The notes under the pieces were generated by a model that saw only the letters and a list, made by a program, of their open reading frames with translations, was not told the DNA's origin and did no database searches. Both the position numbers and the translations under genes were made by a program. A stretch of 40,000 nucleotides of DNA from Bryobacterales bacterium. Lineage in GTDB: Bacteria > Acidobacteriota > Terriglobia > Bryobacterales > Bryobacteraceae. The stretch covers positions 185,086 to 225,085 of the forward strand of contig CAVUUB010000020.1 of assembly GCA_963744555.1 (NCBI GenBank). Direction: 5' to 3'. The first letter of the stretch is position 1. Every line of letters begins with the position of its first letter. Shown here piece by piece: positions 11,844 to 20,810 of the stretch.

Positions 11844-11896
11844 ACGTTCACGCATTCATCGCCGTCGTAGTCTATAAGTAGTTACTGCCGTTAATA

Positions 11897-12676
11897 ATGA
11901 CCACAAAGCTGATCTTGCTCATCCTTGCTTGTTGGCCGACCACGCAGCTTTGGGCAGATCCGCCTGAGCTGCTTCGAGTCATTCGAAACGTTCACGATCT
12001 GGAGCCCAGTCGGCCCTACGCAGATGCAAAAACCGCAGTCAACGTACTCGGGATGCGAGCGGCCTCCGGTCCGGACGAAGCTTGGCTGATGGAGCTGCAC
12101 GATTCGTTTGCGAGCATTGAAGAAGTCGACCAGGCGCTCGCCTCTACTCGTCCAGCGAGAAACTCGACTGCAAGCGCCAATCTAGCGTCCGACGACCTGC
12201 TTGCACCTGCTCGATTGTTAATTGCGTTATATCGGCCCGGTCTCAGTTACCGCCCCGACGAAGCCGCGAAGAACTTACCCAAAGCACATTACCTGCTGAT
12301 ATCGATCTACCGGATACGGCCGGGCAATGAAGCCGCATTCTCGGAGATAGTCAAGCTGCGAAGAGCTCGCAGCGACAGCATCAATCTGGATCGGCCGGAG
12401 ATAGCCTACGAGGTGGTAGCGGGTTCGATGTCCGGAACATATGTATTTGTTGCGCCATTCCCCACACTCAAGACCCTGGATGATGGTCTCGCTAGGACCC
12501 CGGCCTATGCGGAGGGCGTTCGGGACGCCGGCAAAAAAGCTGCCGGGGAGACGGAGGTCAGTCAGGAGCGGCTGCTGCTCCGAATCGAACCAGGGCTGAG
12601 CTACGTTTCCGACGACTTCGCCTCCGCTGATCCTGAGTTCTGGAATCCGAAGCTGCCTGCGAGCCGCGCGCGTTAG
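11897..12676 (+). CDS. Hypothetical secreted protein
   Basis: A 259-aa ORF with an N-terminal hydrophobic signal-like segment (LILLILACWPTTQLWA). No family was recognised. Confidence 0.55.
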   Translation: MTTKLILLILACWPTTQLWADPPELLRVIRNVHDLEPSRPYADAKTAVNVLGMRAASGPDEAWLMELHDSFASIEEVDQALASTRPARNSTASANLASDDLLAPARLLIALYRPGLSYRPDEAAKNLPKAHYLLISIYRIRPGNEAAFSEIVKLRRARSDSINLDRPEIAYEVVAGSMSGTYVFVAPFPTLKTLDDGLARTPAYAEGVRDAGKKAAGETEVSQERLLLRIEPGLSYVSDDFASADPEFWNPKLPASRAR

Positions 12677-12844
12677 CAAGCGACCTCTAGCTCACCACCC
12701 GCCCCCGAAACGTCCGGCTCCCCAGGATCACTGAACCCACCACGCTCACAACCAGTGCCGCCAGCACCCATGTGAGCTGTTCCCACGGATAATAAGCGCA
12801 CCCGGTAAACAGCAGTGGTGTGACGAGACGTCTTCGATCTTCCT

Positions 12845-13600
12845 CTAAAACGCGTGCACCGAATCGATCCCGTTGGCCTGCAGGACCACTTGCATCTTCT
12901 CCAGCGCTGATTTGTGAATCTGCGAGACCCGGCTTTCGTTGATGCCCAGGATTCCACCGATCTCTTTCATAGTCATCTCATTGGTGTAGTACAAAAACAC
13001 TACTTTCTGATAGCGCTCCGGGAGGGTCTTCATAGCGACGCTTAGAACCGAGCGCATCTGCTCGCGGGAGCACATGTTATCGGGCTGGGTTTCGGGCTTG
13101 CTCGGGAAATCCGGAGCCGGCAGATCGTCGTGCTCTGGAGCGCGCGATGAGGCCGAGATCAGGCCTACGCTGCGCAGATCAACCATCATCTGGCGCCAGC
13201 GCTCGACATCCACGCCGAGCTTCGCGGCCACTTCGGATTCCGTAGGAGTACGCTGCAGTGTGGAGGCTAATTCGCGCGTGGCGGCTTCCACTTGCTTGTG
13301 ACGCCGGCGCAGATCGCGCGAGGCCCAGTCCAATTGACGAAGGCTGTCCAGGATGGCGCCCTTGATGCGGTGCTTAGCGTAGCTCGAGAAGGCCACCTGT
13401 TTTTCGGGATTGAACTTGCTGGCCGCATCAAATAAGCCCAGAACGCCGGCGTGGACCAGATCGTCCAGATCCACATGCACCGGTAGATTCTCATGCACCC
13501 GCACCGCGATCGCTTTCACGAGCGGAAGATGCTCCAGTACGATACGATCGCGCCTGGCGATCTTAGCGGCTGGCGTGTTTTGAGCGGTCTTAGTCTTCAT
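12845..13600 (-). CDS. FliA/WhiG-family RNA polymerase sigma factor
   Basis: Region 2 (DLVHAGVLGLFDAASKFNP...FSSYAKHRIKGAILDSLR), region 3 and region 4 HTH (EMTMKEIGGILGINESRVSQIHKSALEKM) are all readable. Confidence 0.85.
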   Translation of the reverse strand: MKTKTAQNTPAAKIARRDRIVLEHLPLVKAIAVRVHENLPVHVDLDDLVHAGVLGLFDAASKFNPEKQVAFSSYAKHRIKGAILDSLRQLDWASRDLRRRHKQVEAATRELASTLQRTPTESEVAAKLGVDVERWRQMMVDLRSVGLISASSRAPEHDDLPAPDFPSKPETQPDNMCSREQMRSVLSVAMKTLPERYQKVVFLYYTNEMTMKEIGGILGINESRVSQIHKSALEKMQVVLQANGIDSVHAF

Positions 13601-13889
13601 CTGGGTTGCCTTTCTTCTTGGAGCTTTCTAAGTGTGCCGACGCTCCTGTAGGTGCAAGCCGGTAGCCAGAGAGGGACTACGCGAAAGTGGATGCGTTCTT
13701 CGGGTGTTTCTGTCTAAGGAAACGTACAGCATTTGCATGAGACTCAATGAGATGGATCTCACCTTCGCCGTACCGCTTTAGTACTTCCATCGAAAGTACT
13801 TGTTTAGCGCCTGGCCACTGGGAATCTCGTTATGGAACTAAACGGCGCCTTAACTTTGCCGAAATGGAACTGGCGTTCCAAAATGAAAC

Positions 13890-13928
13890 ACGACCCGACT
13901 CTCTCTCCTTCTACGCTTATCGGGTCGT
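13890..13928 (-). terminator. Hairpin downstream of the minus-strand kinase/small-ORF unit
   Basis: A 9-bp stem ACGACCCGA (13890-13898) / TCGGGTCGT (13920-13928). On the minus strand it is followed by GTTTCATTTT. The loop is long (21 nt), so confidence is modest. Confidence 0.35.
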
Positions 13929-13948
13929 TCTGCTGTGACCTTGAGGGA

Positions 13949-14224
13949 CTAAGGCTTTCTCAAGGTGGCCAGGTACGTTCTTACCGCTAGTCCTGCGAGG
14001 AATATCCAGACTACCCATAGAAACTTCCCATCTAAAGTGAACGCCGCCAGCAGCGCAATCGCCGCATAGCAGATCATCGCCGCTACAAGGCTAGGGCCTT
14101 TTCTATTGGATGGGGCTTCGTCGTCGTCTTCGGTGGGCGTCAATCTACCTGCCGAGAAACTTCTCGATCGTCTCCAGCGACCGCTCCGCCATTTGTAGAC
14201 TGGTTCGAGAGCTGTCGGCATCAC
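13949..14224 (-). CDS. Small membrane protein (start uncertain)
   Basis: The C-terminal two thirds encode two hydrophobic helices (LVAAMICYAAIALLAAFTL, FLWVVWIFLAGLAV). The annotated 5' part overlaps the kinase 3' end, so the true start is probably internal. Confidence 0.35.
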   Translation of the reverse strand: MMPTALEPVYKWRSGRWRRSRSFSAGRLTPTEDDDEAPSNRKGPSLVAAMICYAAIALLAAFTLDGKFLWVVWIFLAGLAVRTYLATLRKP

Positions 14225-15896
14225 CCGAGCGCATGGAATCCATGGATTCCTTCATGAGATAGTCCATCCGCGATTCCGCCTCAAGCATATCGCCGCGTAG
14301 ATCCACGCCTTGCCGCTGCATCTGCTGCTGGAGGGCTCGGAGGCCGCTCTTGGCCGCACCCACTCGGATCGCGACTTGGTTGTACTGCTGGCGAAGTTCA
14401 TTCAACTCGGCCGCCGTGGGTCGCGCCGGAGGCTGTTGTTGCGAGGCAGGCGCTTGTGCTGCGGCGGGCAGGGCCGAGGGTGGCGGTTGAACTGACCGCT
14501 GCGAGGTCCGCGATGGAGCCGTCGTCTTCGTTTGTGACGCCTGGGGCGGCGCTGGTGTCGCAGGCGGGTCAACCGGGGCCTGGGCGGGCGGAGTCTGTGC
14601 CGGCGGGGCTGGGTCAGGCTGAGCTGCGGGCTGGGACGATGGCTTGGCGGGAGCGGCCGTCGAATCCACCGGCTTGTTCTCTACAGGCTGGGCCGTCTGC
14701 GGAGTTGCAGTGCTGGCACTGCTATGCAGCAGCTTAGGACCTTCGATAATCGCGGCCGCCAGCACCAATAGCGTTGCCACCGACCCCAGGGCCATATATA
14801 AACCCCTCCGGCTCCCCGATTTCGGGTACGGCGGCGCGGACTGCGCGTTCAGAACTGGCGGAGGCCCCAGCGGCGCCTGCGGAACCGGCGCGGGCCCTGG
14901 CGGCGCCTGAAAAACAGGCGGTGCGGGCGCCTGTACGGCCGCTGGGCGTGCCGTAGGCGGTGCCCCTAGACTGGTCGCGGTAACTGCTAATCGCTCCCCG
15001 GTGGACCCCATCGGTGCGGATTGCCGGGGAGCCTGCAGCACCGGCGTTGGCGCCGTCTTCGAGGCTCCTAGGGTCACTCCGATCGACCCCGCGAAATTGC
15101 GCAGCGCGGCATGGAAAGCATCGGCGCTCTGGAACCGCCGCTCCGGTTCTTTGTCGATCGCCATCAGGATGATATCGTTCAAATCACGCGGCACGGTGGC
15201 GATAATCTCCATCGGCGCCACCGGTCTATTTTGCAGGTGCGCCGCCATGATCGAATAGTCGCTATCGCCCACAAACGGCCGCTTTCCCGTTACCATCTCA
15301 TACAACGTGACGCCCAGCGAGTAGAGGTCCGACCGCAGATCCGGCGGTCCGCCATTGATCTGCTCGGGCGACATGTAATACAACGAGCCCACTGCGGCCC
15401 CGGTTTTCGTCAGTTGACGGTCGGCCCCCATGCGCGCGATGCCGAAATCCATGAGCTTGATCACACCTGACGGTGTACGCATGATGTTCGGAGGTTTGAT
15501 GTCGCGATGCACCACCGCAAGCGCATGCGCGTACGCCAACGCGTCCAGCACCTGCGAGGCGCAATTCAGGGATTCGCTCAACTCCATGGGACCCTGGTGC
15601 AGGATCTGATAGATGGTCTTGCCCTCTACATATTCCATCAGCATGATCAGCTGATTCCCCACCTGCTGCGCGCTATTCATGCGGGCAATGTTGGGATGGT
15701 CCAGCGTGGCTTGTACTTTGATCTCGCGCAGGAACCGGTCAGCTAGCGCCGTATCGCTGCTCAGGTTGGGCAGCAGCACCTTCATCGCTTCCACGCGGTC
15801 CGAGATTACGCTTCGAACCTTGTAGACCTGGCCCATTCCGCCAGCCCCAAGAATCGCGACAATCTCGTAATCGCCGACGCGCTCTCCAATGTTCAT
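14145..15896 (-). CDS. Serine/threonine protein kinase with Pro-rich linker, TM segment and C-terminal coiled region
   Basis: GAGGMGQVYK, AMK, HRDIKPPNIM, DFGIA and YMSPEQ are the Hanks kinase subdomains. They are followed by a P/A/Q-rich low-complexity region and a TM helix (LYMALGSVATLLVLAAAII). Confidence 0.9.
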   Translation of the reverse strand: MNIGERVGDYEIVAILGAGGMGQVYKVRSVISDRVEAMKVLLPNLSSDTALADRFLREIKVQATLDHPNIARMNSAQQVGNQLIMLMEYVEGKTIYQILHQGPMELSESLNCASQVLDALAYAHALAVVHRDIKPPNIMRTPSGVIKLMDFGIARMGADRQLTKTGAAVGSLYYMSPEQINGGPPDLRSDLYSLGVTLYEMVTGKRPFVGDSDYSIMAAHLQNRPVAPMEIIATVPRDLNDIILMAIDKEPERRFQSADAFHAALRNFAGSIGVTLGASKTAPTPVLQAPRQSAPMGSTGERLAVTATSLGAPPTARPAAVQAPAPPVFQAPPGPAPVPQAPLGPPPVLNAQSAPPYPKSGSRRGLYMALGSVATLLVLAAAIIEGPKLLHSSASTATPQTAQPVENKPVDSTAAPAKPSSQPAAQPDPAPPAQTPPAQAPVDPPATPAPPQASQTKTTAPSRTSQRSVQPPPSALPAAAQAPASQQQPPARPTAAELNELRQQYNQVAIRVGAAKSGLRALQQQMQRQGVDLRGDMLEAESRMDYLMKESMDSMRSGDADSSRTSLQMAERSLETIEKFLGR

Positions 15897-15968
15897 GTTT
15901 TGCTCCTCGAAGAGTCTGGTCTTACGGCTCGGGGCGACCAGGCGGCTAATAAATGGGCGGGCCCGTGA

Positions 15969-16946
15969 TTACCGCTTTACGCGGTCGCCGACCTTCACAC
16001 CGGGTGGGCCGTCGTATGTTCCAACCGCGGACGCGTCGTCCACTTCCGTTATGTTGATCGCGCCGAGCGAGGACTCGGTCCGGCGGAGGACTTTGCCGGT
16101 TGCGGGATCCTTAATCTCGCGTCCCACCCGCGTGACCTGCAGCCTGTCGCCCACATGAACGCCCGATCGCGATCCCACGTTGAGCACCAGCGTCGATCCA
16201 TTCACGTCCGCCACCAGCCCGTCGATGGCAACCACCACCGTCGGAATCTTGCTGGCGCTCTCCGCTAGCCCCTGCGCCATCTGCGTAACGGCCTTATTGG
16301 TGGCCTCGCCCAGAATAGTGGCTCCGAAATTCGAGCTCGACATGTCCATCCCGGCGCCTCCAGCGCCGCCCGAAGAACCACCCGCTCCCAGCAGCGACGT
16401 TCCGCTGCGCGCCGATTCACCTTTGCCACTGGACACAGCCAGGATCTCAGCGGTATCGGTGCTGATCATGCGCGCGCTGATTTCCACCACGGCCTTGGCT
16501 TCACGCCTGCCTACGCCTCCAATGCCGAAGCCCCTGGTAAGGCCGCCGACAGCGCCTCCCCCAATGTTGGTGGAGTGATCGTCGCGTCCAAATTGAGTGA
16601 TGCTGCCGATGATAATCGCGCTCACGCCCAGTACCTTGCCGATCTTGGCGGCGCTGGATGGATCGGCGCGGTTACTATTGGAAAAATTCTGTTCGCCCAG
16701 GACCTTGTCCAGTTCCTTGCGCTCGATCACTGAATAAGAGCCGTCCTTTACCAGCCGGTCCACCAGCATATCGGCTATGCCCTTTCCAACGTCGACGTTA
16801 GTGCCAAAGACCGCGGAAACGCCCGACTGCACCGTGCCGTATTCAAAATTCATCACGGCCACGCGTGTCTTAGTCTGCGCGCTAGCCACCGATGTGAGCA
16901 CAAGTATCGATGTGAGCACAAGTATGGTAAAGAGAAGCCTTCTCAT
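15969..16946 (-). CDS. CsgG/HfaB-family (curli-type secretion component-like) protein
   Basis: A signal peptide is followed by RVAVMNFEYGT...GKGIADMLVDRLVKDGSYSVIERKELDKVLGEQNFS...IGKVLGVSAIIIGSITQFG, which is the CsgG-family pattern. Confidence 0.75.
   Translation of the reverse strand: MRRLLFTILVLTSILVLTSVASAQTKTRVAVMNFEYGTVQSGVSAVFGTNVDVGKGIADMLVDRLVKDGSYSVIERKELDKVLGEQNFSNSNRADPSSAAKIGKVLGVSAIIIGSITQFGRDDHSTNIGGGAVGGLTRGFGIGGVGRREAKAVVEISARMISTDTAEILAVSSGKGESARSGTSLLGAGGSSGGAGGAGMDMSSSNFGATILGEATNKAVTQMAQGLAESASKIPTVVVAIDGLVADVNGSTLVLNVGSRSGVHVGDRLQVTRVGREIKDPATGKVLRRTESSLGAINITEVDDASAVGTYDGPPGVKVGDRVKR
16891..16926. repeat. 18-bp tandem duplication inside the CsgG-like signal peptide
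   Basis: GATGTGAGCACAAGTATC (16891-16908) is followed by GATGTGAGCACAAGTATG (16909-16926), 17/18 identical. It is in frame and gives ILVLTS-ILVLTS in the h-region. Confidence 0.9.
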
Positions 16947-17069
16947 TGTCTGTTCCTCTCCCGGATATTATACGCCCGAACGCCGCAGATCCCACTAGAA
17001 CTCTGGTACCAATAGCCCGTAAAAGGTATAATCTTGGAAATCCGTCGAAAACTCGACGGAGGAGGTCCA

Positions 17070-17792
17070 ATGGCCGAAGAGAATCCTGGTGTTATGAGCG
17101 GCTTAGTTGGAATGTTCAACGCCTTTGTCGACCCCGTGGGCCTGGCCAAGCGCGCTAAGTCTAAGCTGTTCTGGTTGTGGCCTCTCATCACCATCTGCAT
17201 CATATACATCGTCGTCGGCTATCTCATGCTGCCCTATACCATGCAACTGGTGGACTTTTCCATGCAGCAACGGATGGCCGCGCAAAACCTGCCGCCCGAC
17301 CGGATGGAAACAGCCCGGAACATGGCCCACACCTTTGGCACCGTCGGGATCGCCTTCACGCCGGTCTTCGTCATAGGGGTTCTTGCATTGTTGGGTTGGC
17401 TGGTCACGGTCACAGGCTCCATGCTGGGATTGCGCGCCAACTTTGGCGACGTGTTCTCGCTCATGGCGGCCTGCTCGCTGATCCCCGCGTTGCAAGTCAT
17501 CGCGACCTACATTGTCGTCCGCGCCAAAGGAGACGAAATTCAATCCCCCGAGCAACTGATGGTGCCCTTCGGCGCCGACATCTTTATTCAGGACGTGCAC
17601 GGGGCCACGCTCGCATTTCTGAATTTCTTTTCGATCTTCGAGATCTGGTATCTCGTGATCCTGGGCCTTTCTCTGGCATACTTGACCGGGTCTTCCAAAG
17701 GCAAGGCCTTCGCCGCCATCACACCGGCCTGGGTCATTCCGCTGCTGCTGGTGATTATCCGCGCCAAATTCAGCCCTGGCGCGAGCAGCTAA
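17070..17792 (+). CDS. Yip1-domain-like polytopic membrane protein
   Basis: The ATG at 17070 is preceded by GGAGGAGG. There are five or so hydrophobic helices, and the N-terminal MAEENPGVMSGLVGMFNAFVDP resembles Yip1-family proteins. Confidence 0.6.
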   Translation: MAEENPGVMSGLVGMFNAFVDPVGLAKRAKSKLFWLWPLITICIIYIVVGYLMLPYTMQLVDFSMQQRMAAQNLPPDRMETARNMAHTFGTVGIAFTPVFVIGVLALLGWLVTVTGSMLGLRANFGDVFSLMAACSLIPALQVIATYIVVRAKGDEIQSPEQLMVPFGADIFIQDVHGATLAFLNFFSIFEIWYLVILGLSLAYLTGSSKGKAFAAITPAWVIPLLLVIIRAKFSPGASS

Positions 17793-17804
17793 GTCTGGTC
17801 CGGA

Positions 17805-17960
17805 TTAAGCCTCATCTAACCCGGCCGGCTTTTTGTGCTTGGGCTTCTTGCGCTCGGTCTTGGGCACGATGATTTTGGGAGCGGGCACATTGCCCACGCG
17901 CTCGCGCGCCAGCCGGCGCACTCCCTTCTTGCTGTCGAATCGTTTAGGTTTGCGCGCCAT
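17805..17960 (-). CDS. Small basic protein (51 aa), hypothetical
   Basis: MARKPKRFDSKKGVRRLARERVGNVPAPKIIVPKTERKKPKHKKPAGLDEA*. It is below the ORF-track length cut-off and lies directly downstream of the DUF1028 gene on the same strand. Confidence 0.3.
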   Translation of the reverse strand: MARKPKRFDSKKGVRRLARERVGNVPAPKIIVPKTERKKPKHKKPAGLDEA

Positions 17961-17967
17961 CGCAGTC

Positions 17968-18960
17968 TTACCGGCCGTTTTGCTCTCCGAATAAGTCTTT
18001 CAAGAACGGCTGGTCGTCCAGGATTCCTTTGAAAGCTGAGCGCTGGGCGGCGCCCTCGAATTGCCGGCGGAAATTAGGATCGCCGCTCAGCGATTGCGCG
18101 GCCTTGAGTTCTGTCAACGCTGCCTTCTTGTCGCCTCCGGCGTAGTCGAGCAATCCGAGCGTAACATGCGCCTCCGGCCGGCCCGGCCAATAGTGAACCG
18201 CTCGCGCCGCTGCATCGCGCGCATCGCTGATTTTTCCAGAGCCCAGAAGTTTGAATGTCTTGTCTTGATATAGATACCCGAGGTTGAGATCCAGCAGCCT
18301 TCGTAGTTCAGGCAGCGGGGCCGGATTGTCGTCGACGTTTATATAAATGTAGCGGTCATTATTAGTGTTGCGGCCGCCTTGTTTGCGCACCACCAGCATC
18401 GAAGCAGATTGTTTGCCTCGAGCGTCGCCACCGGCCTCGTCCCCAGCCTTCACCGCGGCATACAGCTTCTCGGCCAGCTCACCCGGCGTCTGATCGAAGG
18501 CCCGCCCCATCGACTCCACCACTTGCGGCCCCACCAGAATGTTGCCTTGCGCCGACCACGTCTTGCCCTGGCGATCGCCCGCCCATTTCGGAGCTCCGGG
18601 GCCCGTGTAGGCGGCGATGTTTCCTTTCGCATCGACGATCGCGACCTGCCGGCCGTCTTTGCCGTCAAACTTGTCTTCCGCGAGCAGCTGATCCAGGACT
18701 TCTTTGGCCGTGTGCCCCTGCTGTAGCAGTTCCAACCCGCGCGGCCCGTAGCCGACGTTCACATTGGCTTGCGTGGCGATCGCTCCCACCTGGGCCGCCG
18801 CCCACGGAACCACCGAGCCGACCGAGAAATATCGCGACGCCACCGCCACTCCCCAATCGGCATTCACGGGATCGTAAGCGACCACCGAGAAGGTGGCCAC
18901 TTGCGCGCCCGCCACCGCCGCGAATAGGAAAAGCAGCAGCAAACCGCGGATCATACTCAA
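17968..18960 (-). CDS. DUF1028 (Ntn-hydrolase-like) protein with C-terminal TPR-like region
   Basis: A signal peptide is followed by TFSVVAYDPVNADWGVAVASRYFSVGSVVPWAAAQVGAIATQA...RQVAIVDAKGNIAAYTG...GGDARGKQSASMLV, which is characteristic of DUF1028. Confidence 0.75.
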   Translation of the reverse strand: MSMIRGLLLLFLFAAVAGAQVATFSVVAYDPVNADWGVAVASRYFSVGSVVPWAAAQVGAIATQANVNVGYGPRGLELLQQGHTAKEVLDQLLAEDKFDGKDGRQVAIVDAKGNIAAYTGPGAPKWAGDRQGKTWSAQGNILVGPQVVESMGRAFDQTPGELAEKLYAAVKAGDEAGGDARGKQSASMLVVRKQGGRNTNNDRYIYINVDDNPAPLPELRRLLDLNLGYLYQDKTFKLLGSGKISDARDAAARAVHYWPGRPEAHVTLGLLDYAGGDKKAALTELKAAQSLSGDPNFRRQFEGAAQRSAFKGILDDQPFLKDLFGEQNGR

Positions 18961-18975
18961 TCGTCCTTAGAAGCC

Positions 18976-19791
18976 CTACTCCCCCGGCTTCAGTCCTGGC
19001 CGCTCGACGATCTCGATCTTCGCGCCGGCCGGTCCGGCCACATAGGAGAAATTGATCGTCGGACCGTGCGGCAGCGGCAGCGGGCGCGGTTCAGTTAGCA
19101 CCGTCACACCTTTAGCGCGCAGATCGTCGATCGTCTTCGCCAGCGGGCCCATCGACCGCCAGCCGATGTGATCGATGGCATGTCCTTCGCTTGGCTCTGC
19201 CTCGCCTTTTTGCACCAGTATCCACATGTCGCTGAAGCCCGGCGAGCTGTATTTAATGGCATCGATCCGCCCTTTGAGCTTGGTGCGCTCCCCGCCGAGC
19301 TTTGCCAGCAGCCAACTGAAATTCTCATCCGGGTTCGGTCCACGCATGTGAATGTGATGCAGCCCCAGCACGTCCGGATCCTGCACCACTTCGATGCGTG
19401 TTCCCCAGGGATCTTCCACAAACGCGAGCTTGAAGAGTCCGGGCACATCGCGGGTTGGCGTGACGATCTTAACCCCCGCAGATTCGAATTCCTTCATCTT
19501 CGCGTCCAGATCCGCCACCGAAAAGCCTATGTGGTCGACGGCGCTTCCGGCGCTCGGCTTCGCATCCGCTTTCTTAATGAACAGCAACCGCGTGCTGCCG
19601 AACATGATCCGGTCCGGAGCCTCCGTGATCCGCCGTCCGCCGAAGTTTTTCTCGTACCAATTGGCGGCCGCCGCCTGATCGGGCACATTCAAATGGATGT
19701 GGTCGTACGGAAAAGTCTGTGCCCCAACGGAGCCGGCCAAAGCCCCCAGGGCGTAGCACACGAAAGCAGCTGAAAGCATGACGCGTCGCAT
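18976..19791 (-). CDS. VOC-family (glyoxalase/bleomycin-resistance fold) protein, two domains, secreted
   Basis: A signal peptide is followed by two repeats of the VOC pattern: DHIHLNVPDQAAAANWYEKNFGG and LHHIHMRGPNPDENFSWL, each followed by VDHIGF / IDHIGW. Confidence 0.75.
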   Translation of the reverse strand: MRRVMLSAAFVCYALGALAGSVGAQTFPYDHIHLNVPDQAAAANWYEKNFGGRRITEAPDRIMFGSTRLLFIKKADAKPSAGSAVDHIGFSVADLDAKMKEFESAGVKIVTPTRDVPGLFKLAFVEDPWGTRIEVVQDPDVLGLHHIHMRGPNPDENFSWLLAKLGGERTKLKGRIDAIKYSSPGFSDMWILVQKGEAEPSEGHAIDHIGWRSMGPLAKTIDDLRAKGVTVLTEPRPLPLPHGPTINFSYVAGPAGAKIEIVERPGLKPGE

Positions 19792-19888
19792 CGAGAACTC
19801 CTTTCACCATCGGTCCTGCTGAGCCGGACCGAGTCCCAGTCTATCGCAGCAGGCCGCCCTTTTGCGATGTCGCTGGGCCCGCTTGACG

Positions 19889-20000
19889 GGGTAAGAGAGA
19901 GGATGCGAGATGTTCACCCAGGGGGGCGGGGTGCGCCGACTGGGGCGATTGCGCGGGTTTGGCCGTGCATGGTTGTGTTTTCGCGACCATCCATCACATT
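19889..20000. repeat. Inverted repeat copy A (about 112 bp)
   Basis: GGGTAAGAGAGAGGATGCGAGATGTTCACCCAGGGGGGCGGGG...CGCGACCATCCATCACATT matches the reverse complement of 23195-23305. The outer 43 nt match 41/43, the inner block CGCGACCAT(C/G)CATCACATT matches 19/20, and the middle is diverged. Confidence 0.85.
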
Positions 20001-20087
20001 AGATGGCGAGTATTCGTCCGCACGAACTCGTGAACTCGTAAGGCATCAGCGTGCACACTTCAGAAGTTACGACAATGGAAAGATCTC

Positions 20088-20420
20088 ATGTTACAGATCG
20101 CTCGATATTTGCTCAGCACCGTAGTTAGGTGGATCAAGGAGCGGCGTAGCAGCGACTGGCCCGTTACTCGGGGAACAGTGTACACATCGACGAGTTCGGG
20201 ACTGACCGCTCAGGTGGTGTACACGTATATCGCCAACGGCCAGCGTTACACGGGCGAACACACCCGAAGTTTTTGGTTCACAGATTCCGCGAGGACTTAT
20301 GCAGAGTTGTTTGCGCCGAGCACCACCGTGACGATACGCTACAGGGCCGGACAAGCGGAGATATCCATAATGAGATCAAAGGACCAAGGCAAACGCGGGA
20401 CCCAGCTGGACGGATTGTAG
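20088..20420 (+). CDS. DUF3592-like protein
   Basis: SDWPVTRGTVYTSTSS...AQVVYTYIANGQRYTGEH matches the W-x-x-T-x-G-x-V ... Y-x-Y-x-x-x-G-x-x-Y-x-G pattern of DUF3592. Confidence 0.5.
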   Translation: MLQIARYLLSTVVRWIKERRSSDWPVTRGTVYTSTSSGLTAQVVYTYIANGQRYTGEHTRSFWFTDSARTYAELFAPSTTVTIRYRAGQAEISIMRSKDQGKRGTQLDGL

Positions 20421-20439
20421 CAATGAGCAAGTCGGAGAC

Positions 20440-20533
20440 CGGTCAATCATCATACCCAGAGAAGACCGAAAGAACGCTCGTGTGCGGCAGCCAATCGAAC
20501 TTCTTCATCAACTCCGGCTGTGTTCTCTTCCAT
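20440..20533 (-). pseudogene. DUF3489-like gene remnant
   Basis: A minus-strand ATG at 20533 follows AGGAGGGCGG but gives only 27 aa. An alternative frame reads ELMKKFDWLPHTSVLSVFSG, which resembles the core of the DUF3489 pseudogene at 27049-27345. It shares its 5' leader with that copy. Confidence 0.3.
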
Positions 20534-20610
20534 CGTGTACCGCCCTCCTATTGCCGGTGACACGATTCATTACTCCGACGGCTCCAAGATGCAAGTCGGG
20601 AGATTCCCTT
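20529..20610. repeat. Direct repeat copy 1 (about 82 bp; leader/RBS region of DUF3489-like gene)
   Basis: TCCATCGTGTACCGCCCTCCTATTGCCGGTGACACGATTCATTACTCCGACGGCTCCAAGATGCAAGTCGGGAGATTCCCT aligns with 27341-27422 at roughly 85 percent identity by eye. Confidence 0.85.
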
Positions 20611-20785
20611 AGAAGTGCTTTCGCTCCCCGCCTTGATCCCGCTCCCCGCCTTGATCCTTCGCTTCGAAGAAAAACGTGAAGAAGGGGAAACGGACGCCAG
20701 TCTTTATGTTGTATCGGTTCCGTAACGCGTAGATTACGATACCCGCCATGAGAAGAAAGATGAGAAAGATCGCCATGAGTAGCAT
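20609..20785 (-). CDS. Small membrane protein (58 aa), paralog of 28813..29064
   Basis: The ATG at 20785 follows GGAGA. MLLMAIFLIFLLMAGIVIYALRNRYNIKTGVRFPFFTFFFEAKDQGGERDQGGERKHF*. IVIYALRNRYNIKTGVRFPFFTFFFEAKD aligns with IVMYALRSKGDVKAAFKIPFVEFSLETKD in the 28813 ORF. It is below the ORF-track cut-off. Confidence 0.45.
   Translation of the reverse strand: MLLMAIFLIFLLMAGIVIYALRNRYNIKTGVRFPFFTFFFEAKDQGGERDQGGERKHF
20623..20658. repeat. 18-bp tandem duplication
   Basis: GCTCCCCGCCTTGATCCC followed by GCTCCCCGCCTTGATCCT, 17/18 identical. It encodes DQGGER-DQGGER at the C-terminus of the 58-aa ORF. Confidence 0.9.
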
Positions 20786-20810
20786 CTATTGATCTCCAGG
20801 ATGTGGCGAT

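Noticed and set aside
10890-11855. Long antisense or overlapping ORFs in the GC-rich core (for example 10890..11855-, 9230..9988-, 8162..8761-, 1197..1889+, 17103..17600-, 14456..14956+)
   Set aside because: They lie opposite or overlapping genes with clear family signatures. They have Arg/Pro/Gly-rich low-complexity translations typical of shadow ORFs in high-GC DNA.
12687-12842. ABC-2-permease-like C-terminal fragment on the minus strand (...TPLLFTGCAYYPWEQLTWVLAALVVSVVGSVILG...)
   Set aside because: The open frame has no plausible start with an RBS and begins right at the sigma-factor stop. It could be a gene remnant or chance, and is too weak to annotate.
19792-20087. tRNA or tmRNA gene fragment as integration target at the island's left edge
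   Set aside because: No T-arm/acceptor-like sequence (GGTTCGAATCC-type) and no cloverleaf-compatible segment was found here or elsewhere in the window.
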